Source of the DNA: Octopus sinensis
Taxonomy: Eukaryota
Assembly: GCF_006345805.1 (NCBI RefSeq)
Contig: NC_043003.1
Location: forward strand, 109,430,001 to 109,494,000
Direction: 5' to 3'
DNA length: 64,000 bases
Part shown: piece after piece, positions 37,560 through 52,279 of the stretch
Layout: each line of letters begins with the position of its first letter
How positions within the stretch are numbered: the first letter of the stretch is position 1
The notes under the pieces: generated by a model
Seen by the model: only the letters and a program-made list of their open reading frames with translations
Database searches by the model: none
What the model was told of the DNA's origin: nothing
Program-made: the position numbers and the translations under genes

Positions 37560-37972
37560 GTGAGAAAGAATCTTCAAACATTGTGCGTGGATGAAGTGGT
37601 GAGAAGGGTCTTCGGATGTCGGGCTTCACAGAGGGGATGGCAAGAGACTGAGACACCCAGCGGTTTGCTGTGCTTGGGAAGATATGTCAAGCTAAGTAAG
37701 ATTGTGGAAGTCCTTGCATTTAGGCATGTCCACTGCTGAGCATTCCTAATCTTGTAGGCTTGGGGGTGCTGGTGCCACGTAAAAAATAACCGTACTGGTG
37801 CCACGTAAAACCCATGCTGGAGCAGCATGAAAGCATCCAGCACGTTCTGAAAAGTGGTGGGTGTCAGGAAAGGCATCCAGCTGTAGAAACCATGCCAGAA
37901 CAGACATGGGGCCTTGGCAGTTCTCCAGCTCCTGCCAAACCATGGAAAACAGACATTAAATGATGATGATGA
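37560..37972 (+). mobile_element. RTE-clade LINE 3' end
   Basis: Decayed C-terminus, two GGTGCCACGTAAAA units, standard tail and (GAT)n. Confidence 0.65.
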
Positions 37973-38488
37973 CATATGCATATATATATATGTATGTATA
38001 TGTGTATGCAGAGGGGGTGGGAGAGAGAGAGAGAGAGGGGGGCAGATAGACAAACACACAAGAATTCTGCAATACAATTAAATGCATATTATAAATGTTT
38101 ATGTATTTATTTATTGTATTTTTTTCTTTTTTACCAATTCATAAAACCAAACTTTGTTGTTACCTTCCTCCTTTCTCATTCAATTTACTTACTGCTAATA
38201 TTCAGCAGCAGATGCAAAGAATTTCATGTATGGCTTGGATAGTAAGAAGTACAATAATAAAAGAATAAAATGAAGAAATATCTATATCTCTTTCTGGTTT
38301 TACAAAATAGCAAGCCAAAGATAAAATTTTGAAAAATAAAAATAAACATGGCTCTACAAAAATCAGAACATAATCTGTCTGAACAGAGCCAGTCTCATAA
38401 TTCAAATTTTACATTATGTGTATCTTATAAAAATAAATATATATCTGTCTGTCTGTGATTGGTTGAGGGAGAGAGAGCACCACTCGTG

Positions 38489-38607
38489 TTATAACATTAG
38501 GTTACTGTCCTGGTTGAGAAGTTTAATAAGGACGGCCACAACGTGTACATTAAGACTGTTGCCAAGGACTCTGTACTTTTGACGCAGCGTCGTTTCAGGA
38601 GGGAAAT
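38489..38607 (-). CDS. TRDMT1: TRDMT1/DNMT2 last coding exon
   Basis: ttgtag|AT-TTC..., phase 1 completes D. Reads DFPPETTLRQKYRVLGNSLNVHVVAVLIKLLNQDSNLML* (motif X), stop TAA at 38491-38489. Confidence 0.92.
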
Positions 38608-39477
38608 CTACAAGAGAAACAAAAATAAGTATATGTATAAAATGTATGTATATAGAATAAAAATGACATTAACCCTTTAACATTCAGATTACTATATCAA
38701 ATATTATGCTTATTTAATCACACAGTTTGAATTAATCATGCATTATCTCATAGCTTTGAGATTTTGATGATGTGATTGCTAAATTTTAGAATGACCTTGA
38801 AGGATAGGTATGACAAGCTGGATATGGTTGGTTTGAACGTAAAACAGGTCGAATATCTGAGCTGGATATGACTGGCGTAAATGCAAGAGAATTATTGCTT
38901 TTTCTCTCTCCTCATATGTCCTGGAGGCTAAAAACATTAAAGACTTCTTTCAGTTTTCAACCAAATTTACCCTGTTTATCTTTCGGTTTTTTTTTTACCT
39001 CATCTTCATTACTTTTATTTTTGTACTATACATATATTTAGAGAAAAAAAAAAAAAAATACCCATATATATATATATATCCGTGCTGGTGGCACGTAAAA
39101 AGCACCAACCGATCGTGACCGTTGCCAGCCTACACTGGCACCTATGCAGGTGGCACGTAAAAAGCACCAACTGATCGTGGACATTGCCAGCCTCTCCTGG
39201 CACCTGTGCTGGTGGCACGCAAAAAGCACCCACTACACTCATGGAGTGGTTGGTGTTAGGAAGGGTATCCAGCTGTAGAAACACTGCCAGATCAGACTAG
39301 AGCCTGGTACAGCCTCCTGGTTCCCAGATCCCGGTTGAACCGTCCAACCCATGCTAGCATGGAAAACAGACGTTAAACGATAATGATGATGATGAAGATC
39401 TGTGTGAAACTCGAATCGTGAGGCAAACACTCAATTTCAGTCTTAATTAAATACTATATATATATATATCATGTCAT

Positions 39478-40710
39478 TAAGAATGAAATGTTCAATTCTG
39501 AACTGAGAGTTTATTTTATTCTATCTCAACAAAAAGCGATGCAGTTAATCAAAGTATGCACACAATTCTGCCATTTTATCGGTAGCTTATTTATGTTGGC
39601 AGCAAAGAATTCTGAAGAGCAAGAGGTAATGAAATCACAAAAGGCTATTTTTGCATCTTCTTCAGATCTGAAGTATTTTCATTGCAAAAAGTTGTCTAAT
39701 GCCTGGAAAACATGATAGTCAGTTGGTGGAAGGTTTGGTTAATAAGTGGATAATGGAGAACTTCCAAGTTCAGTTCCTGTAACTTGAGTAGCATTCTTTG
39801 TGCAACATGTGGTCGAGCATTGTCTTGCAAGAGAATTGGCCGCCTGTCTCTGTTGACCAATCTCAGTTTGCAAGTTCACTCATCATTTCATCCAGTTGGT
39901 TGATGTATACATCCACTGTAATCGACTTACCAGGTCTCATGAAGCTGTAGTTGATGAAACCAGTGCTGGACCACCAAACAGACACCATTAACTTTTTTTG
40001 GTGAATATTCTTTTTGGGATTGTGTTTTGGCACTTCGTCTCTATTGAACCACCGTGCAGAACGCTTGCTATTGTTGAAAAGAATCTACTTTTCATCACAC
40101 GTAACAACATGATGCAAAAATAGTTCACTTTTATGCTGCAACAGCAAAGAACAGCAAGTTTCAAGACAATGTTTGTTCAATTCATGTAGTACCCACCTGT
40201 CCAGCTTCTTTACCTTGCTGATTTGTTTCAGATGGTCCAATACAGTTGGAATCGAAACATCAAACATTGCTGTTAACTCATGCATAGTTTGAGATATATG
40301 AGCTTCCACTACAGTTTCCAGCTCATCATTATCCACCTAGGTCTCAGATCTACCACGGGGCTGGTTTTCAAAACTAAAGTCATCAGACAGGAACTTGTCA
40401 ACGTAAAGTGCACTCATCCACCACATCTTCACCAAACACCTCATTGATGTTTTGAGCTGTCTGGGACACATTGGTTCCACGACAGAACTCATATTCATAA
40501 ACAACACAAATTTTTTATCTATTCATGAGTTCACAAAAATTGATTTACAAGAGAAAACTCAAAATAGAATCAGACACCATGAATTGCATTTCGAAAAGTG
40601 ATGATGTAATTCTTCAATGAGGTAAAACAAAGAATTGTCAGGATAAAACATAAGAGTTACTGACTGTCAAACTTGGTGCATGAGAAAACCAGACATTTCA
40701 TTCTGATATA
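39478..40710 (-). mobile_element. Mariner transposon, decayed transposase
   Basis: VKKLDRWVLHEL, HHVVTCDEKWILFNN, KKLMVSVWWS, LLQDNARPH. AGAATGAAATGT occurs in both termini. Confidence 0.85.
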
Positions 40711-42058
40711 TATATATATATATATATATAAAAAAAAACCATGTAATTTATGCCCTTTTTTTCACAAAAACAAAAATAAAGTTTAGGGTGTGCATAAATT
40801 ACATGAACAGATCATTTCCAGAATTTAAAAAAAAATTTTTGTTGCAAAATCACGTACATTCACATTTGAAGTTGACTCATTTAATGTCAGAATAGGTTTT
40901 CACAGAAAAAATATAATGAAGTTGACTTTTATTTACGCTGGGCAGTATAGTGCTTACTCTTTCCATATAAATTTACTAAAACTATTAGATGGTTAACTAC
41001 TTTTTGAAGTTTGATGTTCATGTAAGGTAATCATGGCTGGGTCATATTTTACATTGTTTGGAGTTTCTACCAATTGCAACGGAGCCCAGCAATTTCCTTA
41101 AATAAATCAGTTTTTCTCCACTTAAGAAGTCTAGTTTGAGTTTGCCTTCAGGAAGCTATTGCTCACTTTCTCCGTGTTAGGACAATGAAATTCATCACCA
41201 CCGACGTTGCCGCTACCAGCTCTTACTGCATCTAAGGCCGATGACAACACCATAATTCATCCTTGCGCATGTAAACTCATTAAGTGAATATGACTTAGTG
41301 TTCCTATGGAAACCTTCATTTACCTTACACGATGTTTAATGTTATTTGACATTCATGTTGAATCTGTCGGTTGAGTAAAGTGTCTTCCAAGCTGATGTTT
41401 ATTGGTAACTAAACTTATTTTGCAACACTTGTGCGTATTTATCAGCTTTGTTTTTGTTGATAAGAATTATCAACAACTTTTCCTTTGGTTGTGATTTGAG
41501 AAGGCATATAGAAGTATGCTAAAGATTGGACTTAATCTCTTGTAGGCAAGAAATGTAAAATAAAGTTTATTATAAACAGCACAAACACTTCATAATTTGA
41601 TAGCTTTCAATGCGATACCTGTTAAACAGAAATTATTTTTATTTAATGAAAATTTAATAATATCTAATCATAAGTAAGTGAAATTATGCTAAATACAACT
41701 AAACTGAAAACCTTTCCCCCTGGTCTTATCAGCAATTCTGTAAACTTTTGGGTGCAAATTTTACACGAGTAGAAGCTGTTTTTTTTTTAACAATATGGGT
41801 TTTTACAGTATTTATATCATCATCAGCATCATTTAATGTCTGTTTTTCATGTGGGCATAGGTTGGCTGGTTTGACATGAGCCAGTGAACCAGAGGACTGT
41901 GCCATGCTCCAGTGTCTGTCAAAGTAGACATTGGAGCATGCTTTCTGCAGCCGGAAGCCTTTCCTAATGCCAACCACTTTACAGTGTACTGGGTGCTTAC
42001 ATGCACACATTTATATACACACAAGCAAATATACATTCATACACACATGTACACATAA

Positions 42059-42090
<32 letters not shown>

Positions 42091-42450
42091 ATATATATAT
42101 ATATAATATATATATATATATGAAAGAGTGTTGAAAAGTTCCTGACTCTTTGGGTATTATGAAATGCCAGGCTGGAGGCCCAACCTTCTGAGTTCTTTTA
42201 CAGGGCTTAGAAAAACTGAAGAACCACTGTGTAAGTGTGTGATTCTGAGAGGGGAATATGTTGGATAAAATCATAATTAACTGATCCTCCTGTATCTTCT
42301 TTTACCCAAAACCAGGAACTTTTCAGCGCCCCCTTGTACACACACACACACACATATATATACATACATGTGTATATATATCTGTCTATCTATATATATC
42401 TACTAAATAAATATAAAAAGCACTGGTGCTGGTGCCATGTAAAAGGCACT

Positions 42451-44899
42451 GGTGATGGTGCCACATAAAAAGAATTGGTGATGGTGCCACATAAAAAGAA
42501 TTGGTGATGGGCCACATAAAAAGAATTGGTGATGGTGCCCATAAAAAGAATTGGTGATGGTGTCACATAAAAAGAATTGGTGATGGTGCCACATAAAAAG
42601 AATGGTGATGGTGCCACATAAAAAGAATTGGTGATGGTGCCACATAAAAAGAATTGGTGATGGTGCCACATAAAAAGAATTGGTGATGGTGTGCCACATA
42701 AAAGAATTGGTGATGGTGCCACATAAAAAGAATTGGTGATGGTGCACATAAAAAGAATTGGTGATGGTGCCACATAAAAAGATTGGTGATGGTGCCACAT
42801 AAAAAGAATTGGTGATGGTGCCACATAAAAAGAATTGGTGATGGTGCCACATAAAAAGAATTGGTGATGGTGCCACATAAAAAGAATTGGTGATGGTGCC
42901 ACATAAAAAGAATTGGTTGATGGTGCCACATAAAAAGAATTGGTGATGGTGCCACATAAAAAGAATTGGTGATGGTGCCACATAAAAAGAATTGGTGATG
43001 GTGCCACATAAAAAGAATTGGTGATGGTGCCACATAAAAAGAATTGGTGATGGTGCCACATAAAAGAATTGGTGATGGTGCCACATAAAAAGATTGGTGA
43101 TGGTGCCACATAAAAAGAATTGGTGATGGTGCCACATAAAAAGATTGGTGATGTGCCACATAAAAAGAATTGGTGATGGTGCCACATAAAAAGAATGGTG
43201 ATGGTGCCACATAAAAAGAATTGGTGATGGTGCCACATAAAAAGAATTGGTGTGATGGTGCCACATAAAAAGAATGGTGATGGTGCCACATAAAAAGAAA
43301 TTGGATGGTTGCCACATAAAAAGAATTGGTGATGGTGCCACATAAAAAGAATTGGTGATGGTGCCACATAAAAAGAATTGGTGATGGTGCCACATAAAAA
43401 GAATTGGTGTGATGGTGCCACATAAAAAGAATGGTGATGGTGCCACATAAAAAGAATTGGTGATGGTGCCACATAAAAGAATTGGTGATGGTGCCACATA
43501 AAAAGAATTGGTGATGGTGCCACATAAAAAGAATTGGTGATGGTGCCACATAAAAAGAATTGGTGATGGTGCCACATAAAAAGAATTGGTGATGGTGCCA
43601 CATAAAAGAATTGGTGATGGTGCCACATAAAAAGAATTGGTGATGGTGCCACATAAAAAGAATTGGTGATGGTGCCACATAAAAGAATTGGTGATGGGCC
43701 ACATAAAAAGAATTGGTGATGGTGCCACATAAAAAGAATTGGTGATGGTGCCACATAAAAGAATTGGTGATGGTGCCACATAAAAAGAATTGGTGATGGT
43801 GCCACATAAAAAGAATTGGTGATGGTGCCACAAAAAAGAATTGGTGATGGTGCCACATAAAAAGAATTGGTGATGGTGCCACTAAAAAGAATTGGTGATG
43901 GTGCCACATAAAAGAATTGGTGATGGTGCCACATAAAAAGAATTGGTGATGGTGCCACATAAAAAGAATTGGTGATGGTGCCACATAAAAAGAATTGGTG
44001 ATGGTGCCACATAAAAAGAATTGGTGATGGTGCCACATAAAAAGAATTGGTGATGGTGCCACATAAAAAGAATTGGTGATGGTGCCACATAAAAAGAATT
44101 GGTGATGGTGCCACATAAAAAGAATTGGTGGTGGTGCCACATAAAAAGAATTGGTGATGGTTGCCACATAAAAAGAATTGGTGATGGTGCCACATAAAAA
44201 GAATGGTGATGGTGCCACATAAAAAGAATTGGTGATGGTGCCACAAAAAAGAATTGGTGATGGTGCCACATAAAAAGAATTGGTGATGGTGCCACATAAA
44301 AAGAATTGGTGATGGTGCCACATAAAAAGATTGGTGATGGTGCCACATAAAAAGAATTGGTGATGGTGCCACATAAAAAGAATTGGTGATGAATTGATGG
44401 GTGCCACATAAAAAGAATTGGTGATGGTGCCACATAAAAAGAATTTGTGGTGGTGCCACATAAAAAGAATTGGTGGTGGTGCCACATAAAAAGAATTGGT
44501 GATGGTGCCACATAAAAAGAATTGGTGATGGTGCCACATAAAAAGAATTGGTGATGGTGCCACATAAAAAGAATTGGTGATGGTGCCACATAAAAAGAAT
44601 TGGTGATGGTGCCACATAAAAAGAATTTGTGGTGGTGCCACATAAAAAGAATTGGTGGTGGTGCCACATAAAAAGAATTGGTGATGGTGCCACATAAAAA
44701 GAATTGGTGATGGTGCCACATAAAAAGAATTGGTGATGGTGCCACATAAAAAGAATTTGTGGTGGTGCCACATAAAAAGAATTGGTGATGGTGCCACATA
44801 AAAAGAATTGGTGATGGTGCCACATAAAAAGAATTGGTGATGGTGCCACATAAAAAGAATTTGTGGTGGTGCCACATAAAAAGAATTGGTGGTGGTGCC
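42451..44899 (+). repeat. 26-bp minisatellite (GGTGATGGTGCCACATAAAAAGAATT), about 94 copies, inside an RTE 3' UTR
   Basis: Highly homogeneous tandem array. Preceded by GGTGCTGGTGCCATGTAAAAGGCAC and followed directly by the RTE tail (44900-45055). Confidence 0.95.
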
Positions 44900-46702
44900 T
44901 CTGTAAAGTAGTTGGTGCTAGGAAGGACATCCAGTTGTAGAAACCAAGCCAAAACAGACTATGGAACCTAGTGTAAAACCTGGCCTTGCCAGCTCCTGTT
45001 AAGCTGTCCAACCCATGCCAGCATGAGAAACGGACATTAAATGACAATGATGATACATGCATACATATTTACAAACACATATATAAACATATACAAACAT
45101 ACATATACACATATACATACATACACACACACACATGCACGTCTATCATCATTGACAGATTTTTCCTTGAAAACAGATGTGCATATGTTTGTGAATGAAG
45201 GAAAGGAGAGAGGGTAATGTATGTTCCTGGCATGCGAATGAAGACACACATGGCCGTAGACACACCAGCGCCTGGCAACAGGACACCCGGCTCCCCCTTC
45301 ACATGCCAGACAAGCAAATACCCGGCATATTTACACACACTTTCTAAGTGTGCCCATCAACCATTAAAAGGTGGGTTGAAGACGAGGGGGAGATAGAAGG
45401 ATATCTCCAATGCTTTAGTTCTGCATGTATGTACTGTAAATACAAACACATGGAAGGCCTGAAATGGTGGGTGAAGGTAAAAGGAAGAAGGAGCAGAAGC
45501 AGGCAGAAAAGGGACAGTGTTACATACACACATACACACATACAGACATACATACATATATACATACATACACACATACAGACATACATACATACATATA
45601 TACATACATACATATATATACTACTGCCATAACCTTCCTCTTTCTGGAATGCCTGTCTGTGTGGTGGTGGTGGTGATGGTAGAGTTGGGGGGGAGCATAT
45701 ATTGTTGTCTTTAAGTGAGGATGAGAAGCAAGCAAGGGCGGAGACAGGGTATGACTTACGGGTGGGGGGTGGAAGAAGGTAAGGGAAGATATGGAATTGT
45801 TGAATGTAAAGAAGTGTGCCACTTCTCAGCCCTTGACAGCTATGGCTACCCACCACCACGTACACATACACATACACAAACTCTAAACTGTATTGTGGGG
45901 TTAATCAGGAGGCCCCTACACAAGTGGTGGTATAATCAGCTAGAAATAGCAGCCAACTCTCCCTTAAATAACACTCAAAGCAAAAAAGGAAAGCCACACT
46001 AATGTATTTGTTGATATCAGTGTTGTGTGTGGTAAGAGGTTTGCTTCCCAATCGCATGGTTCTGAGTTCAATCCCTTCATGGCACCTTGGGCAAGTATCT
46101 TCTGCTATACCCTCATCATAATCAAAACCTTGTGAGTAGATTACATAGAAAGAAACTGAAAGAAGCTCATCATATATAATATATATATACATATTTATAT
46201 ATATATACATGCATACAAACACAAGGACACATACACATGAGGCACAGGAGAGGCTGTGTGGTAAGTGGCTTGCTTACAAACCACATGGTTTCAGGTTCAG
46301 TCCTACTGCATGGCACCTTGGGCAAGTGTTTTCTACTATAGCCTCGAGCCAACCAAAGCCTTCTGAGTGTATTTGGTAGACAGAAACTGGAAGAAGCCTG
46401 TTGTATATATATGTATATATATGTATGTGTATGTGTGTTTGTCTCCCCACCATTGCTTGACAACCAATGCTGGTGTGTTTATGTCCCCGTAACTTAGCAG
46501 TTTGACAAAAGAGGCCGACAGGATAAGTACTAGGCTTACAAGGAATAAGTCCTGAGGTCGATTTGCTTGACTAAAGGTGGTGCTCCAGCATGGCTGCAGT
46601 CAAATGACTGAAACAAGTAAAAGAATACACATACACATACATGGAATTTCACAAATTTTGTCAGGATTTTCCCTCTTTTCCATGCATTGCAAAACAATGA
46701 AC

Positions 46703-47110
46703 GGATTTTTTCGGTTTGAATGGCACTTTTTAAAAATAATTTCCACGTAACTAAACACTTTTAAACTTCGTATACTGGTAGAATGTCTTTATAAAACATC
46801 TTTTTCTCTTGGCTTTATTGAGAAAATTCTATAGTTTGTAAGATATTTGTTGTTTATTTTTTTCAGTTTCTGCAATTTCAACCAATCAATGACATCTATT
46901 GAGGTGAAAACATCCTGTGCCGTATGAATATGTCCTTCATTTAAGAAACAGATTGGGTTTATTTACATTTCTGAAGAAAAAAAGATACCCTTCCCCTAAC
47001 CCTAACTCTAAAACATTGAAATGCAATAGATCGATACTAGGGTCATAATTATGGGTGACAATTTCATATGACATCGCTAGAAAAAACTGCCGTTCAAACT
47101 GAAAAGATCC
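46703..47110. mobile_element. MITE, superfamily unassigned
   Basis: Imperfect TIRs GGATTTTTTCGGTTTGAATGGCA / TGCCGTTCAAACTGAAAAGATCC. Confidence 0.6.
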
Positions 47111-47626
47111 CAATGAAGGGAAGCTTTTTTAAAATCCATGTCTTTTCAGTGATTGTCTCTTCCCCCACACAGACACACACATCATACCTTCGGAACAACA
47201 ACCACTAAATAAAATGATATGTTTTCCTTTTCTGTAAGTTTCCGTCATTTTATGTATTTTACATTCTGAAACATTTGTAACTCACGTTAAAAGAAAAAAA
47301 AATCTTACCCCCTCTTCCCTCCTTCATTGTACTTTTCACAAAGAAGGAAAAGTGAAACACTGCAAGTGGATGTGTGAGGAAAAAATTTGAATTATGAAAA
47401 CTGTATCTATAAAGCAACATTTTCAGCCGTTTATTTAAACTTTCTCTGCTAACTTGTCAAATAGAATTACATGCAATAGATGGGTTTTGAGATATAAATT
47501 TGCTAATTTTCCAAAATTTTAATTCTTGTGCATGAGGTGGGGCCCATCAAATTTGAAGTGCCTGCCACCTGCCCCTGGCTTAAATCCAGACCTGAGCACA
47601 GGGGTCAGTCTGTTCAACTGAACCCT

Positions 47627-50005
47627 ATAACCCTTTAGCATTCAGATTATTCTGTCAAATGTATTGCTTACTTATTCATATTGTTTTGAATTAATCCTGC
47701 ATTATCTTGTGGCTTTGAGATTTCAATGATGTAATTGTTTATTTTCAGAATAACATTGTAGGGTAGGTGTGAGAGGCCGGACCTAACCAGTTTGAACAGA
47801 AAACAAATAGCATATTAAAGCTGGATATGGCCAGTTTAAATGCTAAAGGGTTAAAGTAGTGCTCCAGCATGACCACAATCCAATGACTGAAACAAAATAT
47901 AAAAGAAACCTCCAAAAATATGTCAGGGTGGTCACACTTGGAATCAGAGTGTCTTGGGGAAATTCCATGTTAAACATCCTCTTTTTCAATACTATCTTTC
48001 ACTTATTCTGCTCCATCTCTCTCTCTCTCTCTCTCTTTCTCTCAAAGTGTTTCTCATTCTCTCACACTCACTGAAGTTCACTCTCTCTCTTCCTCAAACA
48101 CACATTTTATCTTCCTTTCTCTTTCTCCCTCCTACTCATGGGATTCTCTCAATCTTCTTCCTCTCCTCCCAATCATTCTGTCATCATCCTTTCTCCAATC
48201 TCTCCTTATATCACATGCTCTCACTGGCACATTATTATCACCCCCCCCCCACACACACACCTGTGTACCTGTCCATTTACCCTTCCCTTCTCTCTTACCT
48301 CATACCTGTACTTCTTAGTCTTTCCATATTGTTTCATGCCAACGAGGAAGAAAGGCTGAGAGGTCAACTGCATTGGCAGAGGTGCTAAATGTATCTAGGA
48401 CTACATTACTCAATGTCTCTTTCCATGTAAAGACAGTATTGTGTGATTTGACCTTTTAGCATTTCAACCTGCTCCATCTGGCCAAAATATTTTACCTGTT
48501 TTTAGACTCATACCAACTAGATCTCACCTCTCACACCTACCCTACAATGTCATTCTAAAAATAAACAATTACATCATAAAAATCTCAAAACTATGAGCTA
48601 ATGTTTAATTAATTCAAAATAATTTGAATATATAAGCATTATATTTCACAAAGTAAAATGAACGTTAAAGGGTTACGGGAGATTTAGCTATTTCTAACAG
48701 GTCGAAGGACTGCTCAAAGGTTTCCTTATCTTCTTGTGTATCTAAGATGTGCTTAGAGGGAGTTTGCTAGCAGTCTAACCCATTAGCATTTAAGCTGGCC
48801 ATATCCAACCAAAATATTTTACCTGTCTTTACCACCTCTCACACCTAGCCTACATTGTCATTCTAAAAATATGCAATCACATCACCAAAATCTTGAAGTT
48901 ACAAGATAATGCATCATCATCATCATTTAACGTCCGTTTTCCATGCTGGCACGGGTTGGACGGTTCGACTGGGGTCTGGGAAGCCAAGAGGCTGCACCAG
49001 GCTCCAGTCTGATTTGGCAGTGTTTCTACAGCTGGATGCCCTTCCTAACACCAACCACTCTGAGAGTGTGGTGGGTGCTTTTTATATGCCACAAACACGG
49101 GAGTCAGTCGGGCGGCACTGGCATTGTCCACGTTCAGATGGCACATTTTATGTGCCACCAGCACATAAAAAGCACCCAAATGATTAATTGAAAACAATGT
49201 GAATATGTAAACCCTATATTTCACAAAGTAATCTGAATGCTATTGGGTTAAAGGAGATTTAGTTATTTCTAACAGGTCAAAAACACTACAGAGATTTCCT
49301 TATCTTTTTGCATGTCTAAGACTTGATCTGAGAGAGTTTGTTAGCAGCTTATCATTTTAACCCTTTCATTACCAACCTGGCTGAAACCGGCTCTGGATCT
49401 GAGTACAAATATCTTGCTTTCATAAGTTTTGAATTAAAATCTTCCACCAAACCTTAGTCACAATTTGTGTTCCTAACACTAGCTTAATGATAACAAAGTT
49501 ATTTTACTAAATTCGTTGCTATAATTAACCTTTTCATTACTGTATTTATTTTGAGATGCTGTGTGTTTCTTTTAATTACTTTAAACATAACAAAGAATTT
49601 AGTAAAAAAACTTTGTTATCATTCAGCTGGTGTTAGGAACATAAATTGTGATGAAGGTTTGGTGGAAGATTTTAATTCAAAACTTATGAAAACAAGACAT
49701 TTGTACTCAGAGCCAGAGCCGGGTTGGTAATGAAAGGGTTAAAGTAATTGAAAGAAACACCGAGCATCTCAAAACAAAAACAGTAACGAAAGGGTTAACA
49801 TTCAGATCACTCAGCCAAATGTGATGCCTGTTTATTGACATCCCTTTTCAATTAATCATGCATTATCTTGTAACTTTGGGAATTCAATGACATGATTGTT
49901 TATTTCTAGAAAGACACTGTAAGGTGAGTGTGAGAAGTCAGATCTGGGCAATTTGAGCATAAAACTGGTAGAATATTTTGGCAGGATATGGCTGAGAAAA
50001 GGTTA
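47627..50005. mobile_element. Cluster of piggyBac-like MITEs (families P1 and P2) with an RTE tail inserted at about 48910-49185
   Basis: Repeated (T)TAACCCTTT ... AAAGGGTTAA termini at about 47627-47853, 48455-48675, 48778-49250, 49357-49798 and 49790-50005. P2 also occurs at about 38669-38890 and 53925-54145. Confidence 0.7.
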
Positions 50006-51246
50006 ATCATGGGCTCCTGATGGTATTGGTGGTTAGTCACAGGTTAGCCCTGAGCAGATCTATGACCAAACATATTCCAGATGTGACCATCCCATTGTTT
50101 TTTTCTTTTTATGTGCAGGAAGCCCAGGACTACATTTTTAAGTTGGTAGGATGTTATTTGAAGAAGATTTGGTTGCTGTTTCTACCAGACTAAGAAGCCA
50201 AGTAATGGCCTCCTCGTTGGCTTAAATAATGGTGCTGCCATCTATAGTGGTGGGGACAATGGAAGCCGGATGCTTCAGCAATACAGGAATGGAAATGATG
50301 ATGACTGGTGGTGATGATGATGATGGTGATAGTGGTGATGATGATGATGATGATGCTGGTGGTAGTGATTGAAATGGAAGTACTGAAGTTAGTGCGGGTA
50401 GTAGTGAGAGTAATGGTGGTAGTAGTTTATTTGTGCTAAAATGATAAACTCCAAAACCATTCTTGTCCAGGCACTTCCTTCTCCACCCCCACCCAGCATC
50501 TCTATCCCCACCACCACCCCTCACTGCTTATCGTGTCTGGCCCCTGTCTTCATCCCACCACCAACAGGAATTCTCTGGTACAAGGTTCCTTCCAGTCAAA
50601 AGGGTGGAGAAAGCAAAGAGGAACAAGGGTGGAGCAACATTCCAGGGTGGGGTGGGGGTGAATAACACGAAGCATGAGTGTGGTGGTGGTGGTGGTGGTG
50701 GTGTCAGACCAGGGTGTGGAATCAATCCCATTCTCACCTGCTGACTATTCCTTATCATTTCCATTCTATCTCGGAGGCCCTGAGTTTCAATGGCAAGTGA
50801 TGATGATGATAATGATGATGACAATGAGGATGATCACGATGTGTGTGTGCGTGAGAGAGAGAGGGAGGGAGAAAGAGAGAGAGAGGAAGTAGGGAAGGAA
50901 TGGAAAAAAGGATGGAATCAGCATAAGCGGAAAGATATAAGGAAATTCAGAATGACAGGGGGGAGATGGGGGGATGCGGCGCCTGAGGCAGATAATGAAT
51001 AAGAAGAGACAGATACATAGATAAAAAGATAAATAGAGAGAGAGAGAGAGAAAGAAGCTGCAATAAGACGGAAATACAGAAGGGGAGAGAAAGAGAAATA
51101 CATACACACACACACACACACATACACATATTTTATATATACATACACACACATATATATATATATTATATATATATATAGGCACATACATACGTATATT
51201 TTGTATATATATATATATAATATATATATATAATGTATATATATAT

Positions 51247-51280
<34 letters not shown>

Positions 51281-51387
51281 ATGTATATATATATATATAT
51301 ATATACAGAGAGAGAGAGAGAGTGAGAGAAAGGGAGTGAGAGATAGAGAGAGAGAGAGGTCTGACAAATCTTGTTCAAAATACTCAC

Positions 51388-51544
51388 CGAATGTGTGAGG
51401 GAAACATAAGAGATTAGCAATCTCTCTTGGGGTAAAGAAACGTAGCTTTAGTTTCCGTACGACATCAAATTCTTCCTCGCTCCACTGCTTTCGGTTCTTC
51501 AGCTGCTGTGTCTTCATTTTCAAGTCGTAGGCATCTTTTACTGA
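51388..51544 (-). CDS. TRDMT1: TRDMT1/DNMT2 coding exon (motif IX)
   Basis: ttcag|TCA...TTC G|gtgagt. Reads SVKDAYDLKMKTQQLKNRKQWSEEEFDVVRKLKLRFFTPREIANLLCFPHTF, 157 bp. Confidence 0.92.
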
Positions 51545-52279
51545 CTGAAGTTTTAGAAAAACAAATAATTATTATCATGTTGAATTCATTCAATGATTCA
51601 CCGATTTCTTTCTCGAGATCCATTCAAGCCATAACTGAGCGTGCTAAGATAGTGTTAATACTTGTGAAATAGGTAGAAAGATGTAATAGAATTCCTCCAA
51701 TAAATACTGATGACTATTGGTATTACTAGGAGCCAATGAAGAAGTTCCTAAGAGATCATTTGACCGGCTAGAAGCAACAGCCAAATCTCCCACACAACAT
51801 ACCTTTAACATCCCAGATGTTAAGGGTATGTTGTTATCCCTGAGCTATGCACATTGTCAAGTAGTGTAACTCCGAAGACCCATTAGAGGAACCTCATTGA
51901 GCAGAATATTTGCTATAATGATATTTCTGCTTCAGCAACTCAGAGCTGAACCTGTCTAAAATGTAATGGGAAATAGGTCAGTTTCAAAACACTGATGTCC
52001 AGGTGACAAAAGCAAATTTTGAAGGGAACGGTAGTCATTTCATTTGATTTCTGGTTAGAAGCAAATAGGAAATAACACTTAATTGGCAAAAAAAAACCCC
52101 ATTTTTGTTACACCTCTATTCCATGTTCATATCTATTTCCATAAGTGCTTCTTTTTTAAAAACTTTGAAGTAACGACTGTGTAATCCCGGTGTAACACCA
52201 AAAACTTTGTTGAAATAAACTTTGAATGACTCAGTGCTAATGGAAGAGTTCTAGATGGAACCATTGCGAAAATACTTAC

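Noticed and set aside
39405-39430. GAAACTCGAATC, a possible hammerhead 3' half
   Set aside because: The 5' half is absent (an RTE tail abuts it), so it cannot be evaluated.
42390-45062. 890, 770, 476 and 356 aa minus-strand ORFs, and a CRISPR-like look
   Set aside because: The 26-bp unit has no stop on the minus strand. Units are contiguous with no unique spacers, there are no cas genes and the context is eukaryotic.
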